From a virus (taxonomy: Duplodnaviria > Caudoviricetes), in the IMG/VR virus record IMGVR_UViG_3300016667_000182, positions 1 to 25,529 of that record: a stretch of DNA of 25,529 bases. One strand, 5' to 3'. Under the pieces are notes generated by a model. It was not told the origin of the DNA and searched no databases. It saw nothing but the letters and a program-made list of their open reading frames with translations. This document shows positions 1-9,839 of this stretch, piece after piece; the stretch's first letter is position 1, and each line of letters starts with the position of its first letter. The translations under genes and the position numbers were made by a program.

Positions 1-3000
1 GCTGAAGCTGACGGAAACAATCTAGTCGAAGGTACTTACGTCGATAAAGACACTGGCACCGAGTTTACTGTCACTAAGGGCAAGAACGGAAGCATAATTA
101 TTCTACAAGACACCATGCCATATGGCGGTGTTCGTGGTGGTAAGGCCGACCAAGGAGCAGTTTCTTTTGCGTCGCTAGTTAAACAGGGCGCTTATGTCCC
201 AAAGGTAGAAGCACCAACAGCACCTGCCGGTGCCGGTCCAAAGACTGGCCCAGTTGTTGTTATGCTCAAGAGACGTGCTCGCAAAGAGGCAGCTCCAGAA
301 CAACCAAAGCCTGAAACGCCTCCAGTTACTACTGAAGTAACCCCTGAGCAAAAGAAGCCGCAGGGGCGCATCCTTCGTTCAGCAGAGCAAGAGGCTGCTC
401 TTAAAAAGGCTAGTGAAGATGCTGAGCGTGGTTACCGGGTAACCGCTGAAGGTGACAACCGTGACTTCGGTGTCGCGCCTAATACATCTGATGTGAACGC
501 TCGCAAGCGCTTTGTCACCCGTGCTAAGGCCGCTGTAAAAGCGCAAGGTGATGCTGCACCGCAGTATTATAAAGATGCTGATAAAGCTACTCAGGGTAAA
601 CCAGAAAAAGGTCGTACCCCTAAAAATATCCAACGCAGCAAGACTATTGATGAAGCGTGGCAGCAAGAGCATCAGGCGAATTTAGAAGTTATCGAACGCC
701 GTAAGGTGGCGCAGGAAGAAGCAGCGAAAGCTGCTGAGGCTCCCGAGCCCGAACCCGACGCAACTTACAAGCCGAAGCGCACTTACTCCGAAGATACCGT
801 CAAGCGCGTTATCGACGCGGCGCTGAAGAAGGCCACCGATAGAGAGCGTGCCGAACTTCAGGCCCTGCCGCCTGAGAAGCTCAGAGAGCTGGCGCAGATA
901 GCCCTTGACCAGCGCAAGAGCGATTTTTCTCGCGGTCAGTCCGACGTCAACGACCAACAAAATTACGTCCAACTTAATGAGGAACGCGCGCCGTCCTCGC
1001 AGAGTGACGTCGTTGCGGATATCGCTATCCAGAATAAGATCAACGCCGCAGGTGACGCTAAGGGCGACTATGGTGTTTCGGATATTAGCGAAACACTAAC
1101 TCGTCGCGCGGTTGACACTGGCCCAGAGAACACGGCATCCACAGCATCTGCCAATACGCGCGTCTATGGTGCGCGCGGTCTCGGCACTGCAAACGAAAGC
1201 CGCGTCGTTAAGACTAAGGACGGCAAAGAGATCACTGTTGAGGGTCAGAAGGCCGAGCAGGGTCGTAGTCTGTCCGCTGAAGAGAAGGCCCGCTGGGAAG
1301 CCGAGAACCTTGCCCGTGCCATCAAGGAAGCGGAAGAGGCGGTCGTCCGCGCTCAGAAAGCCAAGGCCGAACGCGAAGAGATGCTTCGTGCACACGGCTT
1401 GCTGAAGGGCGAGCCTGTCAGTCTGTTCGACATCATTGTTGCTGAGCTTCAGTCAAACCGTGTGGATCGTGCTAAGCTGGCCGACCGCCTCAACGCGATG
1501 ACGGACGAGAAGTTCAAAAACTGGATCATGCGCTCCGAGAAAGGCGAGTTCCTCTCGGCAGTGCGGGCTAACGCTGAGTTCCCAATCTCCCGTATGCAGA
1601 CGCGCGAGTTCCGCCGTCTTCTGAACGAGATCTATAACGAGCCGATCTATCCGGTTCGTGAGATGTCTGTGCGTGAGGCGTTTAAGGAGAACCGTGGCGG
1701 CACGAAGAACGCACTACTAGACTTCATCGAGCGCCGCATCCTGTCCCTGATTGGTGACATGAAGGTTATGGTGGTGGACGACGAAACGATCCGTCGCGCC
1801 AATATCCTCGATAGACGTAATACTAACATCCAAGGTTCTTACGATCCGGTTAAGAACCATATCCTGCTTAACGAGAATAGCTACGTCCCCGGCACGGCTG
1901 AGGGCCGTAAGCTGCTCGTACACGAAGCACTTCACGGTGTGCTGGCTAACGCTCTTCGCCGCAATCCAAAGTTGCGCGACCAGATCGACAAGCTGCGCAA
2001 GCTAGTCGCTACAGAACTCGAGACCAACCCAGAGCTTCTGCTCAAGTATGATAATCTCGATGTTCGATATGGTCTTAAAGACCCAGATGAGTTCATCTCT
2101 GAGACGTGGGCCAATGATGATTTCCGCGACATGCTCTCAGATATCAAACTCTCTGAAGCACAAATGCGTGAGATTGGACTTAATCCGTCACAGGGTTGGG
2201 TGCGCGACGGCTTCCGTGCCATTGTTGATATGGTGCGGCAGGTGCTTGGTTCTACGCCAAATACTCGTACAGCGATTGAGCAGGCGATCCGCTTCACCGA
2301 TCAAGCGTTTGAGAAGCGCGAGGCTCTGGGTACTGGCGCAGCTAAGTCTGCTCTAACACCAAATGAGATGGCATACGTACAGGCGAAAGCGCCTGATCGT
2401 CCTGTCTATCTTGAGAACTTCGCAGCACGTAAGACAACGGAAGCAAGCGTCCGTCGCGAGCTTGAGAGCCGTGGTGTTGATCGCGAAACGGCAACTGAAC
2501 TTGTTAACGTGCTCAAAGAAGAGCTTGGTGCAGACTTTAACTTCAAGAACGCCAAGCCGTTCATCGATGAGCTCGCCAGTAACTTCGGTAGTAACGAGCC
2601 GCCCCCGCCGCCCCCGCAGGCTAAAATTGCGGCTGGGGCGGAAAGCATTGCGCAGGCGATGTTCGTTCCGACGAAGACTTATAAGGCACCGTTCAAAATT
2701 ACTCTGCGATTTGCTCGCGTTAACGAACTTGCCCAGATGGCAGACCGTGTGTTCGGTCGCGATACCAACCCACTGCGCGAGATCTCTGATACAATTCAGA
2801 TGCAGGGGCGCGAGAAAGAACGCATCCTGAAGGAGTTCGAGCCAGAGCTCATAGAACTCTCAGCCGCAAGCCACAAGTATAAGGGCAAGGGCTTTGAGGA
2901 CATGGTCGCGATTGCGCTCGACGCATCACGCGCACAGGTCCATCCTGACGTGCCACTGACCGATCCAAAGAATAAGCATCTCGGTCAAGAGAAGATGTCC

Positions 3001-5715
3001 GGCGTCTGGGGTAAATCCCAGTACCCAGATCTTGCCGCGCGCTTTAAGAAACTTTCTGACGAGAACCCTGAGCTGGCCCAGATCTACGGTAAAGTTCGGG
3101 ATATGCTACCTAAGATGCTTGAGGCTCGCCTCGAAGCAGTCGTTAGCGCAGTTCTTCGTAGTACTGGGATTGACGATGTCGCCGTTGCTCGTCGCTTCTT
3201 AGAAGGTAAAGCGACGCCTGAAGATATCGCAACGGCTGGGCCGATCATCGTTCGCCATATCGAGAACGCAATCGATGTCGCCCGCCTTAATGGTCCCTAC
3301 TTTAACTTTGCCCGCCGTGGCGACTTCGTTGTGCATGGTCGGTACAAGGTTGAAGCACCGACTAATGCAAGGAAAGTAAGTGACGACACGTTTGACTTTG
3401 CGACACGCAAAGAAGCTGAAGAGTGGGTGCAGAAGCAAAACCTTCCCACTACACTTGAAAGTGTCTACATAGATCCGAAGACAGGTAAGACTGAGTTTGT
3501 CGACGCTGACGGCAAAGAAGTTAGGGTCACAGCTAAGGATGTCGAAGGTGAACAGCGTTTCCGCGCCACCGTGCAGACGCAGTATACCGAGTTTGTCGAG
3601 ACACTAGGTCAGGCTAAGAAGCGTACCGCAGAAATGCGCGAAGAGGGTTTGGCTATGTCAGACCCTGAAGATCGCAAGGCGATGACGACATCTAACTGGC
3701 GCGATATCTTGCCAAACCAGATGCGCGCTCTAATGGAGATGACTGACCAGCGCCTCGAAGGCTCGAAGCTCACAAGCGGGCAAAAGAATGAGATCATTGG
3801 CATCCTGAACGAGTTCTCGATCACGATGCTTGGTCCGAACCGTATTCAGAGCAGCCAGTTGCCGCGTCGCAACGTGGCCGGTATGTCAACCGACTTTGTC
3901 CGCAGCACCATCGAATATATGGAGCGCTCGGCTGGCTATATGGCCCGCACGAAGTACCAAGACCAGATGACTAAAGCCCTAAAGACCATGGAAGAGCGTA
4001 CTAAGGCTCTATCTGATCTTGGCACTGGGAATGGTACATTCGCTCGCCGTATCGCTAACGAGATGGAAGGTCGCGTTATTCAGTCCAACGCGATGGAGCA
4101 ACCATCCCGCGCTGGTCGTATAATTGACCGCCTTAACGCACTCTCATATGCCGACAAGCTCTTGTCGCTTGGCTACAGCATCACAAACTTGACGCAGACC
4201 ATGTACACATTCGCCGAACTCGGCGGTGACCATGGTGCCACTATCTCTGCCTTCCATATTACAAAAGCCTATAACGATGTGTCTGCTGGGCGCGTGCTTG
4301 GCCGTGGTGGTGTTGAGACCGTTAAAGCTGCGATTGGTAAGGACGGTAACGCTCCGTACATCGAGCAGATTAAAGCACGTCTAACCCCGAAAGAAGCTGA
4401 ACTACTTGATTTCCTCGTCGAGCGTGGTGTCGTTGATCCTGACGCTGGCTTTGATATGGCGATGATTAAGAGGCAGCGCGACGGGAAGGACACCCTCTAT
4501 GCTAAGTCCGTTGCTGGTATGGACAAGGGCATCGACTATCTGTCGAACGTGGCCCGCGCTCTGCCCCGTGCCGTTGAAGCAGTTAACCGCACAGTTGCTG
4601 CACTTGCCGCTTATCGATTGGAGATGCGCCGTAATGGTGGCGACCACGAAAAGGCAATGATGTATGCGCAGGATGTGGTGAGTAACTCTCAGTTTAACTC
4701 ATCGCCTACCAACGTCCCCCCTGATTTCCGCAACCCGTGGCTACGCGCTCCGCTGCAATTTAAGCTGTTCTTGCAGGGTTCGATGCACGCTGTCGGTCGC
4801 CAAGTTGGTCGGGCTATCCGCAATGAGAGCCCCGGTGATCGTATCAAGGGCATCCGCGCTCTTGCTATCTACGTCGCTGGCTATCAGGCTATGGCCGGTG
4901 TCCTAGGCTTGCCGGGTGTTGAACTTGTGAAGCTCGCACTGTTGTTGGCTAACGCTCTCAACCTAAGCGACTTCAAGCCTAGCGACTTTGAACAGATGGT
5001 TCGCCGTTATGCCACAGAGATGCTTGGTAAGGGTGGTGGAGAGTTGGCTACTCGTGGTCTGACCCGTGCTATCGGTATCGATACATCAAACCGTCTCGGC
5101 TTCCCGACTGTCACATTCGGTGAGCCGCGCGGTGACACTGAGGATGCTGCATGGGCATACGTAGCTAAGACTGCTGCTGGTGCTCCCGCCTCGTACATCA
5201 TCGATGTGGGTAAGGGCTTCCGTGCAGCTATGGATGGCGAGTGGAAGAAAGCTGCTGAGCTAACTATCCCTATCAAGACTATCTCAGATTACATCAAAGC
5301 AGATCGCCTTAGTGAAGAAGGTAAGAAGAGCGCGGCTGGCCGTCAGACGATGACGCCTTACTCCACGTCTGAGAAAGTTAGCCGCATCATTGGCTTCACC
5401 CCTGCGCGTGAGGCTGAGGAGTTCGAAGAGCGCTCCGCTAAGCAGAGTGCCGTTGCTGAGTACAATAAACAACGGCAGAAGCTCATCAGTGACTGGGTTG
5501 GAAATCCAGATAACCGTGCCAAGGCTATGATCGCGATTGAGAAGTTCAACCGTGATAAACCTTCTGAAGCTCAGATCGACATGAAGGATCTTCGTAACTC
5601 AGAGAAGCGTCGTCAGACTGAAGAGAAACGTGGTACGGTGGTTAATGGTATCCGTACCAATAAGCGCAATAAGTATCTGGTTGAAGAGATCGACGTGTAC
5701 AACACTAGGAAATAA
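1..5715 (+). CDS. Giant polyvalent / internal virion (DNA-ejection-type) protein with zincin-like metallopeptidase and PLxRFG-like region; 5'-truncated
   Basis: Frame of the 115..5715 ORF is open back to base 1, so the gene starts upstream of the window. HEALH (HExxH) followed by DEFISETWAN; YFNFARRGDF resembles the PLxRFG motif; long helical C-terminal part typical of large phage ejection proteins. Confidence 0.7.
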   Translation, partial: AEADGNNLVEGTYVDKDTGTEFTVTKGKNGSIIILQDTMPYGGVRGGKADQGAVSFASLVKQGAYVPKVEAPTAPAGAGPKTGPVVVMLKRRARKEAAPEQPKPETPPVTTEVTPEQKKPQGRILRSAEQEAALKKASEDAERGYRVTAEGDNRDFGVAPNTSDVNARKRFVTRAKAAVKAQGDAAPQYYKDADKATQGKPEKGRTPKNIQRSKTIDEAWQQEHQANLEVIERRKVAQEEAAKAAEAPEPEPDATYKPKRTYSEDTVKRVIDAALKKATDRERAELQALPPEKLRELAQIALDQRKSDFSRGQSDVNDQQNYVQLNEERAPSSQSDVVADIAIQNKINAAGDAKGDYGVSDISETLTRRAVDTGPENTASTASANTRVYGARGLGTANESRVVKTKDGKEITVEGQKAEQGRSLSAEEKARWEAENLARAIKEAEEAVVRAQKAKAEREEMLRAHGLLKGEPVSLFDIIVAELQSNRVDRAKLADRLNAMTDEKFKNWIMRSEKGEFLSAVRANAEFPISRMQTREFRRLLNEIYNEPIYPVREMSVREAFKENRGGTKNALLDFIERRILSLIGDMKVMVVDDETIRRANILDRRNTNIQGSYDPVKNHILLNENSYVPGTAEGRKLLVHEALHGVLANALRRNPKLRDQIDKLRKLVATELETNPELLLKYDNLDVRYGLKDPDEFISETWANDDFRDMLSDIKLSEAQMREIGLNPSQGWVRDGFRAIVDMVRQVLGSTPNTRTAIEQAIRFTDQAFEKREALGTGAAKSALTPNEMAYVQAKAPDRPVYLENFAARKTTEASVRRELESRGVDRETATELVNVLKEELGADFNFKNAKPFIDELASNFGSNEPPPPPPQAKIAAGAESIAQAMFVPTKTYKAPFKITLRFARVNELAQMADRVFGRDTNPLREISDTIQMQGREKERILKEFEPELIELSAASHKYKGKGFEDMVAIALDASRAQVHPDVPLTDPKNKHLGQEKMSGVWGKSQYPDLAARFKKLSDENPELAQIYGKVRDMLPKMLEARLEAVVSAVLRSTGIDDVAVARRFLEGKATPEDIATAGPIIVRHIENAIDVARLNGPYFNFARRGDFVVHGRYKVEAPTNARKVSDDTFDFATRKEAEEWVQKQNLPTTLESVYIDPKTGKTEFVDADGKEVRVTAKDVEGEQRFRATVQTQYTEFVETLGQAKKRTAEMREEGLAMSDPEDRKAMTTSNWRDILPNQMRALMEMTDQRLEGSKLTSGQKNEIIGILNEFSITMLGPNRIQSSQLPRRNVAGMSTDFVRSTIEYMERSAGYMARTKYQDQMTKALKTMEERTKALSDLGTGNGTFARRIANEMEGRVIQSNAMEQPSRAGRIIDRLNALSYADKLLSLGYSITNLTQTMYTFAELGGDHGATISAFHITKAYNDVSAGRVLGRGGVETVKAAIGKDGNAPYIEQIKARLTPKEAELLDFLVERGVVDPDAGFDMAMIKRQRDGKDTLYAKSVAGMDKGIDYLSNVARALPRAVEAVNRTVAALAAYRLEMRRNGGDHEKAMMYAQDVVSNSQFNSSPTNVPPDFRNPWLRAPLQFKLFLQGSMHAVGRQVGRAIRNESPGDRIKGIRALAIYVAGYQAMAGVLGLPGVELVKLALLLANALNLSDFKPSDFEQMVRRYATEMLGKGGGELATRGLTRAIGIDTSNRLGFPTVTFGEPRGDTEDAAWAYVAKTAAGAPASYIIDVGKGFRAAMDGEWKKAAELTIPIKTISDYIKADRLSEEGKKSAAGRQTMTPYSTSEKVSRIIGFTPAREAEEFEERSAKQSAVAEYNKQRQKLISDWVGNPDNRAKAMIAIEKFNRDKPSEAQIDMKDLRNSEKRRQTEEKRGTVVNGIRTNKRNKYLVEEIDVYNTRK

Positions 5716-5984
5716 TGATGAGCAAGCGTGATCCCATAACACACCGCACGCCAGAGCAGATGAAGAAACTATCGCGTGGTTATAACGCGAAACCCGAGCA
5801 GGTTCAGAAGCGTGCGGAGCGGAATAAGGCTCGTGCTATGCTGATGAAGGAGGGTCGCGTTCAAAAGGGTGATGGTAAAGACGTCGACCATAAGAAGCCC
5901 CTGCGTCATGGTGGTAGTAACTCTCGGAGTAACCTACGGGTTGTCTCTAAGAACCGTAATCGCGGGTGGGTCGATGGCGTCTAA
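5715..5984 (+). CDS. Small basic HNH endonuclease-like protein
   Basis: KDVDHKKPLRHGGSNSRSNLRVVSKNRNR is an HNH-type motif; TAATG coupling to the upstream gene. Confidence 0.8.
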   Translation: MMSKRDPITHRTPEQMKKLSRGYNAKPEQVQKRAERNKARAMLMKEGRVQKGDGKDVDHKKPLRHGGSNSRSNLRVVSKNRNRGWVDGV

Positions 5985-6164
5985 CGCCTCGACCACTTCA
6001 CGTACACGATCATCGATACGCTTTTCTTTAGCTAATATCTCGCGAATGATCGCGGCACCTGAGATGCCGCGCTCATGCGATTGTTTCATCACCCACTCAT
6101 AGAGTTCTTTAGAAAGAATGATGTTGTAGGTTTTGGTAGGGAATGGGTGACTTGGGCGTCCCAT
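5934..6164 (-). CDS. Putative ribbon-helix-helix (CopG/Arc-like) DNA-binding protein
   Basis: Beta-strand-like TYNIILS followed by two helices (KELYEWVMKQSHERG, ISGAAIIREILAKE); TAATG coupling to 6164..6391. Confidence 0.55.
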   Translation of the reverse strand: MGRPSHPFPTKTYNIILSKELYEWVMKQSHERGISGAAIIREILAKEKRIDDRVREVVEALDAIDPPAITVLRDNP

Positions 6165-6391
6165 TAGTCCTCATCCTCGTCATCGACGATGTTTATGAGC
6201 AGATGTTTGAAACGCTCTAAGAGCCACACGGCAGTCATGCCGTCAGCAAAAGAAGACGCGAAGTACTCCTCGCCTTCCTCTGTGTAGCCAAGGATCATGA
6301 CCTTCTCGAGCTTACCCTTGGCTTCCTCAAGGATATCATCTGGGTCAAGATCTAAGAGAGTTTCGCCGGTAAACTTGATGACATTGGACAT
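6164..6391 (-). CDS. Hypothetical acidic phage protein
   Basis: Strong RBS (CAGGAGGCCACC-ATG); 75 aa; coupled to the next gene. Confidence 0.75.
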   Translation of the reverse strand: MSNVIKFTGETLLDLDPDDILEEAKGKLEKVMILGYTEEGEEYFASSFADGMTAVWLLERFKHLLINIVDDEDED

Positions 6392-6445
6392 GGTGGCCTC
6401 CTGTAACCCGACTATGTCAGGTCAGAGTTACAGGGGTGTAACCAC

Positions 6446-6661
6446 CTATTTCTTGTTATTATCCAATGCTTTGATGGTTTTATCGGCCTGATCTAGCCAC
6501 TTTACCTTCCGTAAAGACATTGGGACTAGCCTGCCGTTATGGGTTACTTCCATTTTGGTTACGATCTCGAATGGTTCTTCGGCTCGTTCCCATCGTATGG
6601 CGGCAAGGGGTTTGTTGTACCTAGTACGACGCTCAGTCCTACGCGCAAGTTCACTCGTCAT
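6446..6661 (-). CDS. Hypothetical protein (start revised to MTSELARR)
   Basis: ATG at 6661 overlaps the end of 6651..6854; the track start at 6754 would overlap that gene by about 100 bp. Confidence 0.55.
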   Translation of the reverse strand: MTSELARRTERRTRYNKPLAAIRWERAEEPFEIVTKMEVTHNGRLVPMSLRKVKWLDQADKTIKALDNNKK

Positions 6662-6854
6662 TCGCGACCCCGAGAGCCTGCTTGGCCCGCACGACAGCAG
6701 CAACCAGTGTGTTAACCCGCTTATCGTAAATGATGTCGTTGAGCGCGTCCTCATACCGTTTCTTCGTCATCTCTAACCACTTAATCCTGTCTTGCAGTTT
6801 TCTCGTATCTGGGTCCAGTTCGTCAACCCAGTCGAACATATCGTTCTGCGACAT
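6651..6854 (-). CDS. Hypothetical small coiled-coil protein
   Basis: RBS GGAGAGTAAC-TAATG coupled to the primase-helicase stop; C-terminus RAKQALG loosely resembles the array tail. Confidence 0.65.
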   Translation of the reverse strand: MSQNDMFDWVDELDPDTRKLQDRIKWLEMTKKRYEDALNDIIYDKRVNTLVAAVVRAKQALGVANDE

Positions 6855-9784
6855 TAGTTACTCTCCTCTACTTCTTTCGCCGCAATTTCTGCCAGCGGCG
6901 TTCCTGCAAGTTGGATCTGAAGAAGGCGTTGCGTGCCGGAGGCATACTGTGTGCCAGAGCCCATGCGCCCCGTTACCTGCTGCTGCCCAAACTCATATTC
7001 GAGAGCCTTCATGAAGATGGATGGGGAGTAGTTATTTTGTCCCAACCAATCTCTAAACTCGTACTCAGTCATACGAAGCAGACCATCTTCAAGACCGACC
7101 TGAACATGGATGGCATCAAGCCTTGACGCATCGCGCTGCACGGTGATGGAGCCCGTGAGAGGCTTGCCTTTCGAGACATGGATACGGTTTGTGAAGAGGG
7201 TGTGCCGAGCACGCATCGTGTCGAGATAGCGAGAGATAACGTCTGAGACGTTCAGCTTGTCTCGCATATTAACTGTCTGAGACTTGCGGTCAGTGCGCGT
7301 GTTGTTAACGAGGTTGCAGATATAGTTTTCGAACTCGTCGAGATCGATGTTAGTGAAGCCAAGGGTGTTGGCGTAGGTCGCGCCTTGTATCAATGATGCA
7401 GCGCACACGCGCCAGAAGCGTTCATCGTTCTCGAACTTTAGTTTCTCTGTCAGCCGCTTGGATGTCTCGGTCACATCATCCATGACTTTGGTTACGTTGT
7501 GTCCGAGGAACTGAGCGTATTCCTGCCCAATCACACCATGATTATCTCTAAGTCTGGAGATCTTGAGCGAGGCTTCAGTCGGATCGATCTGACCGATAAC
7601 TCCCGGAGTAACCGTGAACTCGAGCATACGCACAGTGCCTGCGGATGTCGTTCGGTTAGCGCGTGTGACATGGTCAATCAGCGGCTCGTTAGACGCCACA
7701 AGCATAATTGTTTCCCACACACCGATCTGACGCTGCTCTGATTTAGCCGTGAGACGGGACTTCTCTCTGCCGCCAGTGAGGTTGAATAGGATCTTAGTGA
7801 CGAAGCGCTCAGTGTCTTCGATACCCTTCAACTCGTCCCAGTACATCGGCAGGTTCTTGAGCTCGCCAAGTTTGTTGAGGACTGAGTTAGGCGTATCGTT
7901 TAGTGACTGTACCCCCATAATGGGGTCGCCCCACACAGCCTGAGCAACCTTGATCGCTGTCGACTTACCTATACCTGTCTCAGTCGAGTAAGCAGATATC
8001 AGTGCCCCCTGCTCGCCTAACCATTTGAACACCGGAGCTGCAAAGGAAGATATCAGGATGATGTTGATGTCCTGACGCTTCTGGTCAGTAATCATCCGAG
8101 CAGCCTCGATCCACGCATCACGGTTACCGCTTGGTGTGTATTGGCGCTGCAAGACCTGATCTGTATTTGCAGCCGGACGATCTCCATTTGGTGTGTATAC
8201 GACACCACCATATGAGAAGCCTTCCTCCTTACCGTTGTTTGTTACCCATCCGAACGGTGATGAGGTTACTACCGAGTTACGACCCTGCCTCAGCTTGTCT
8301 ACCCAAGCCATAATGAACTCCTTAAACCTGCGCATGTAATGCTCTTGCAGGTTCACTCCTTGGTTACTGATGTGTTTGAAGAACGGCTCCTTAGTTGGGA
8401 GCAGCTCGTATGGGATGCTGATCTGACTAGTGATGTCTTCGTTGATCTCGACCGTGAAGTTTACCATCCACGGGTTGCGTTGCAGCCAGCCATTGGTGAT
8501 CGCGTAGGGAGCAATAGGAACTGGAACGGTCTGACCCTTTGTGTCTTGGACCATCTGATAGACCAATCTATCTGCGTCTCGAATGTATCCATCGGGTAGA
8601 TCGTTCGATAGTTTGATGGTGTTAGACGGCGGGGCAGGCGGGGCCGCAGCGAAGTGCAGCGGGGTCTTGCCGTCCATGCGATGCGGGCAGACGTTACAAC
8701 CGGAGTAACCAACTGCGATGCTCGTGCATTTAGGCCAGCCAAGATCTTTCCGTTCCCGCTCAACAACCTTGCGGTCGTATAGTTCATCCGTGCTCTCGAC
8801 AGAGTAGTCAGCATGGCCACACGCCATGATGTGCGCGTCTTGCCGACCACCTTCTGTGAAGGTTGCTAACAGCGTTGTCAGGTTCCACAGCGGGTTATCG
8901 TAAGCAGCGCCACCCGTGTCGATGGCCTCGCGGATGAAGCCACACTCGCGTGCTGCGTCGGCTAGGACGACCGGGGGAGCTTTGTGGATCTCGATGCCAG
9001 CGGACAGGTCGTTGCCACCAACAATAGGCGTGCGGGGCGGCAGTGTGACTTCTGGTTTGAACCCTGTCTCATATGGGTCAAGTGCCTGCTTGATACGGTC
9101 GAACGAATAATCGTCACCGGGCGGCAACAAAAATCTAACATTGCGCGGCGGTTCATACTTGTAGTTATGGGTATCTGGGACACGAAGCACGCGAGCTGCA
9201 TCGATGCTGCACTGCGTGTCGCATATCAGGTCGTGCTGCTTCACAGCGGCGACTAGCTTATGAGAGTACTCTAGCCATTCGCTACGACTGATTGGCTCTG
9301 ACAGAACCCAGTGTGCATGGAAGCCACCAGAACCAGATGCCACCACGAATGTTGGTGTTGGCAAATCTGCCGCGCGACGAAACTCGCCAAACGCTTTTAC
9401 TGCGTCCTTGGTAGTTTCGTATGCACCTTCTTTAACATCGACGTCGATGAAGAAGGACTTCAGTGAGAGAGCCTGATCGCTGTGACGTACTGCGTTGCGG
9501 TACTTATGGCCCTTCTTAGAAGTGCGCTCGTCGCACATCGCCTGACGCGACATGCAGGTATAGATATCGCGCACGTCCTCCATCTTGGAGATCCATTGGA
9601 GCGTGCGAACGGCATCAGCCACCGATGTAAGAGCACGGCCAGACCAGATAGGCTTAGCGGTTTTGTCTACCGTGCCATCCTGTTTCCGGCGAACGCTAGT
9701 CCAATGGATATTTACAAAGCCTTGGCCATCCTCTGGCCATGGTAGAGCTCTGGCTAAGAACTCTTGTGCATCACTAAAAGACAC
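6854..9784 (-). CDS. Primase-helicase fusion (AEP/RepB-like primase + DUF927-like region + P-loop helicase)
   Basis: FFIDVDVK (DxD), SGSGGFHAHW and DAARVLRVPDTHNYK primase motifs; Cys cluster CTSI...CNVCPH; Walker A TGIGKST and Walker B MYWDE; GTG start with GGAG RBS. Confidence 0.85.
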   Translation of the reverse strand: MSFSDAQEFLARALPWPEDGQGFVNIHWTSVRRKQDGTVDKTAKPIWSGRALTSVADAVRTLQWISKMEDVRDIYTCMSRQAMCDERTSKKGHKYRNAVRHSDQALSLKSFFIDVDVKEGAYETTKDAVKAFGEFRRAADLPTPTFVVASGSGGFHAHWVLSEPISRSEWLEYSHKLVAAVKQHDLICDTQCSIDAARVLRVPDTHNYKYEPPRNVRFLLPPGDDYSFDRIKQALDPYETGFKPEVTLPPRTPIVGGNDLSAGIEIHKAPPVVLADAARECGFIREAIDTGGAAYDNPLWNLTTLLATFTEGGRQDAHIMACGHADYSVESTDELYDRKVVERERKDLGWPKCTSIAVGYSGCNVCPHRMDGKTPLHFAAAPPAPPSNTIKLSNDLPDGYIRDADRLVYQMVQDTKGQTVPVPIAPYAITNGWLQRNPWMVNFTVEINEDITSQISIPYELLPTKEPFFKHISNQGVNLQEHYMRRFKEFIMAWVDKLRQGRNSVVTSSPFGWVTNNGKEEGFSYGGVVYTPNGDRPAANTDQVLQRQYTPSGNRDAWIEAARMITDQKRQDINIILISSFAAPVFKWLGEQGALISAYSTETGIGKSTAIKVAQAVWGDPIMGVQSLNDTPNSVLNKLGELKNLPMYWDELKGIEDTERFVTKILFNLTGGREKSRLTAKSEQRQIGVWETIMLVASNEPLIDHVTRANRTTSAGTVRMLEFTVTPGVIGQIDPTEASLKISRLRDNHGVIGQEYAQFLGHNVTKVMDDVTETSKRLTEKLKFENDERFWRVCAASLIQGATYANTLGFTNIDLDEFENYICNLVNNTRTDRKSQTVNMRDKLNVSDVISRYLDTMRARHTLFTNRIHVSKGKPLTGSITVQRDASRLDAIHVQVGLEDGLLRMTEYEFRDWLGQNNYSPSIFMKALEYEFGQQQVTGRMGSGTQYASGTQRLLQIQLAGTPLAEIAAKEVEESN

Positions 9785-9792
9785 GGGTGGTA

Positions 9793-9832
9793 CTCCGACG
9801 GGAGGAAAGAGGGGGCGGGGCGTACCCCGCCC
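9793..9832 (-). promoter_or_regulatory. GC hairpin (UACG loop) plus anti-SD/SD pair upstream of primase-helicase
   Basis: Minus strand GGGCGGGG-TACG-CCCCGCCC (9832-9813), then TTTCCTCCC-GTC-GGAG-TACCACCC-GTG. Confidence 0.5.
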
Positions 9833-9839
9833 AGCAGCA

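Noticed and set aside
379-5549. Many short alternative-frame ORFs inside the giant gene
   Set aside because: Expected shadows of a long GC-rich coding region; no independent signals.
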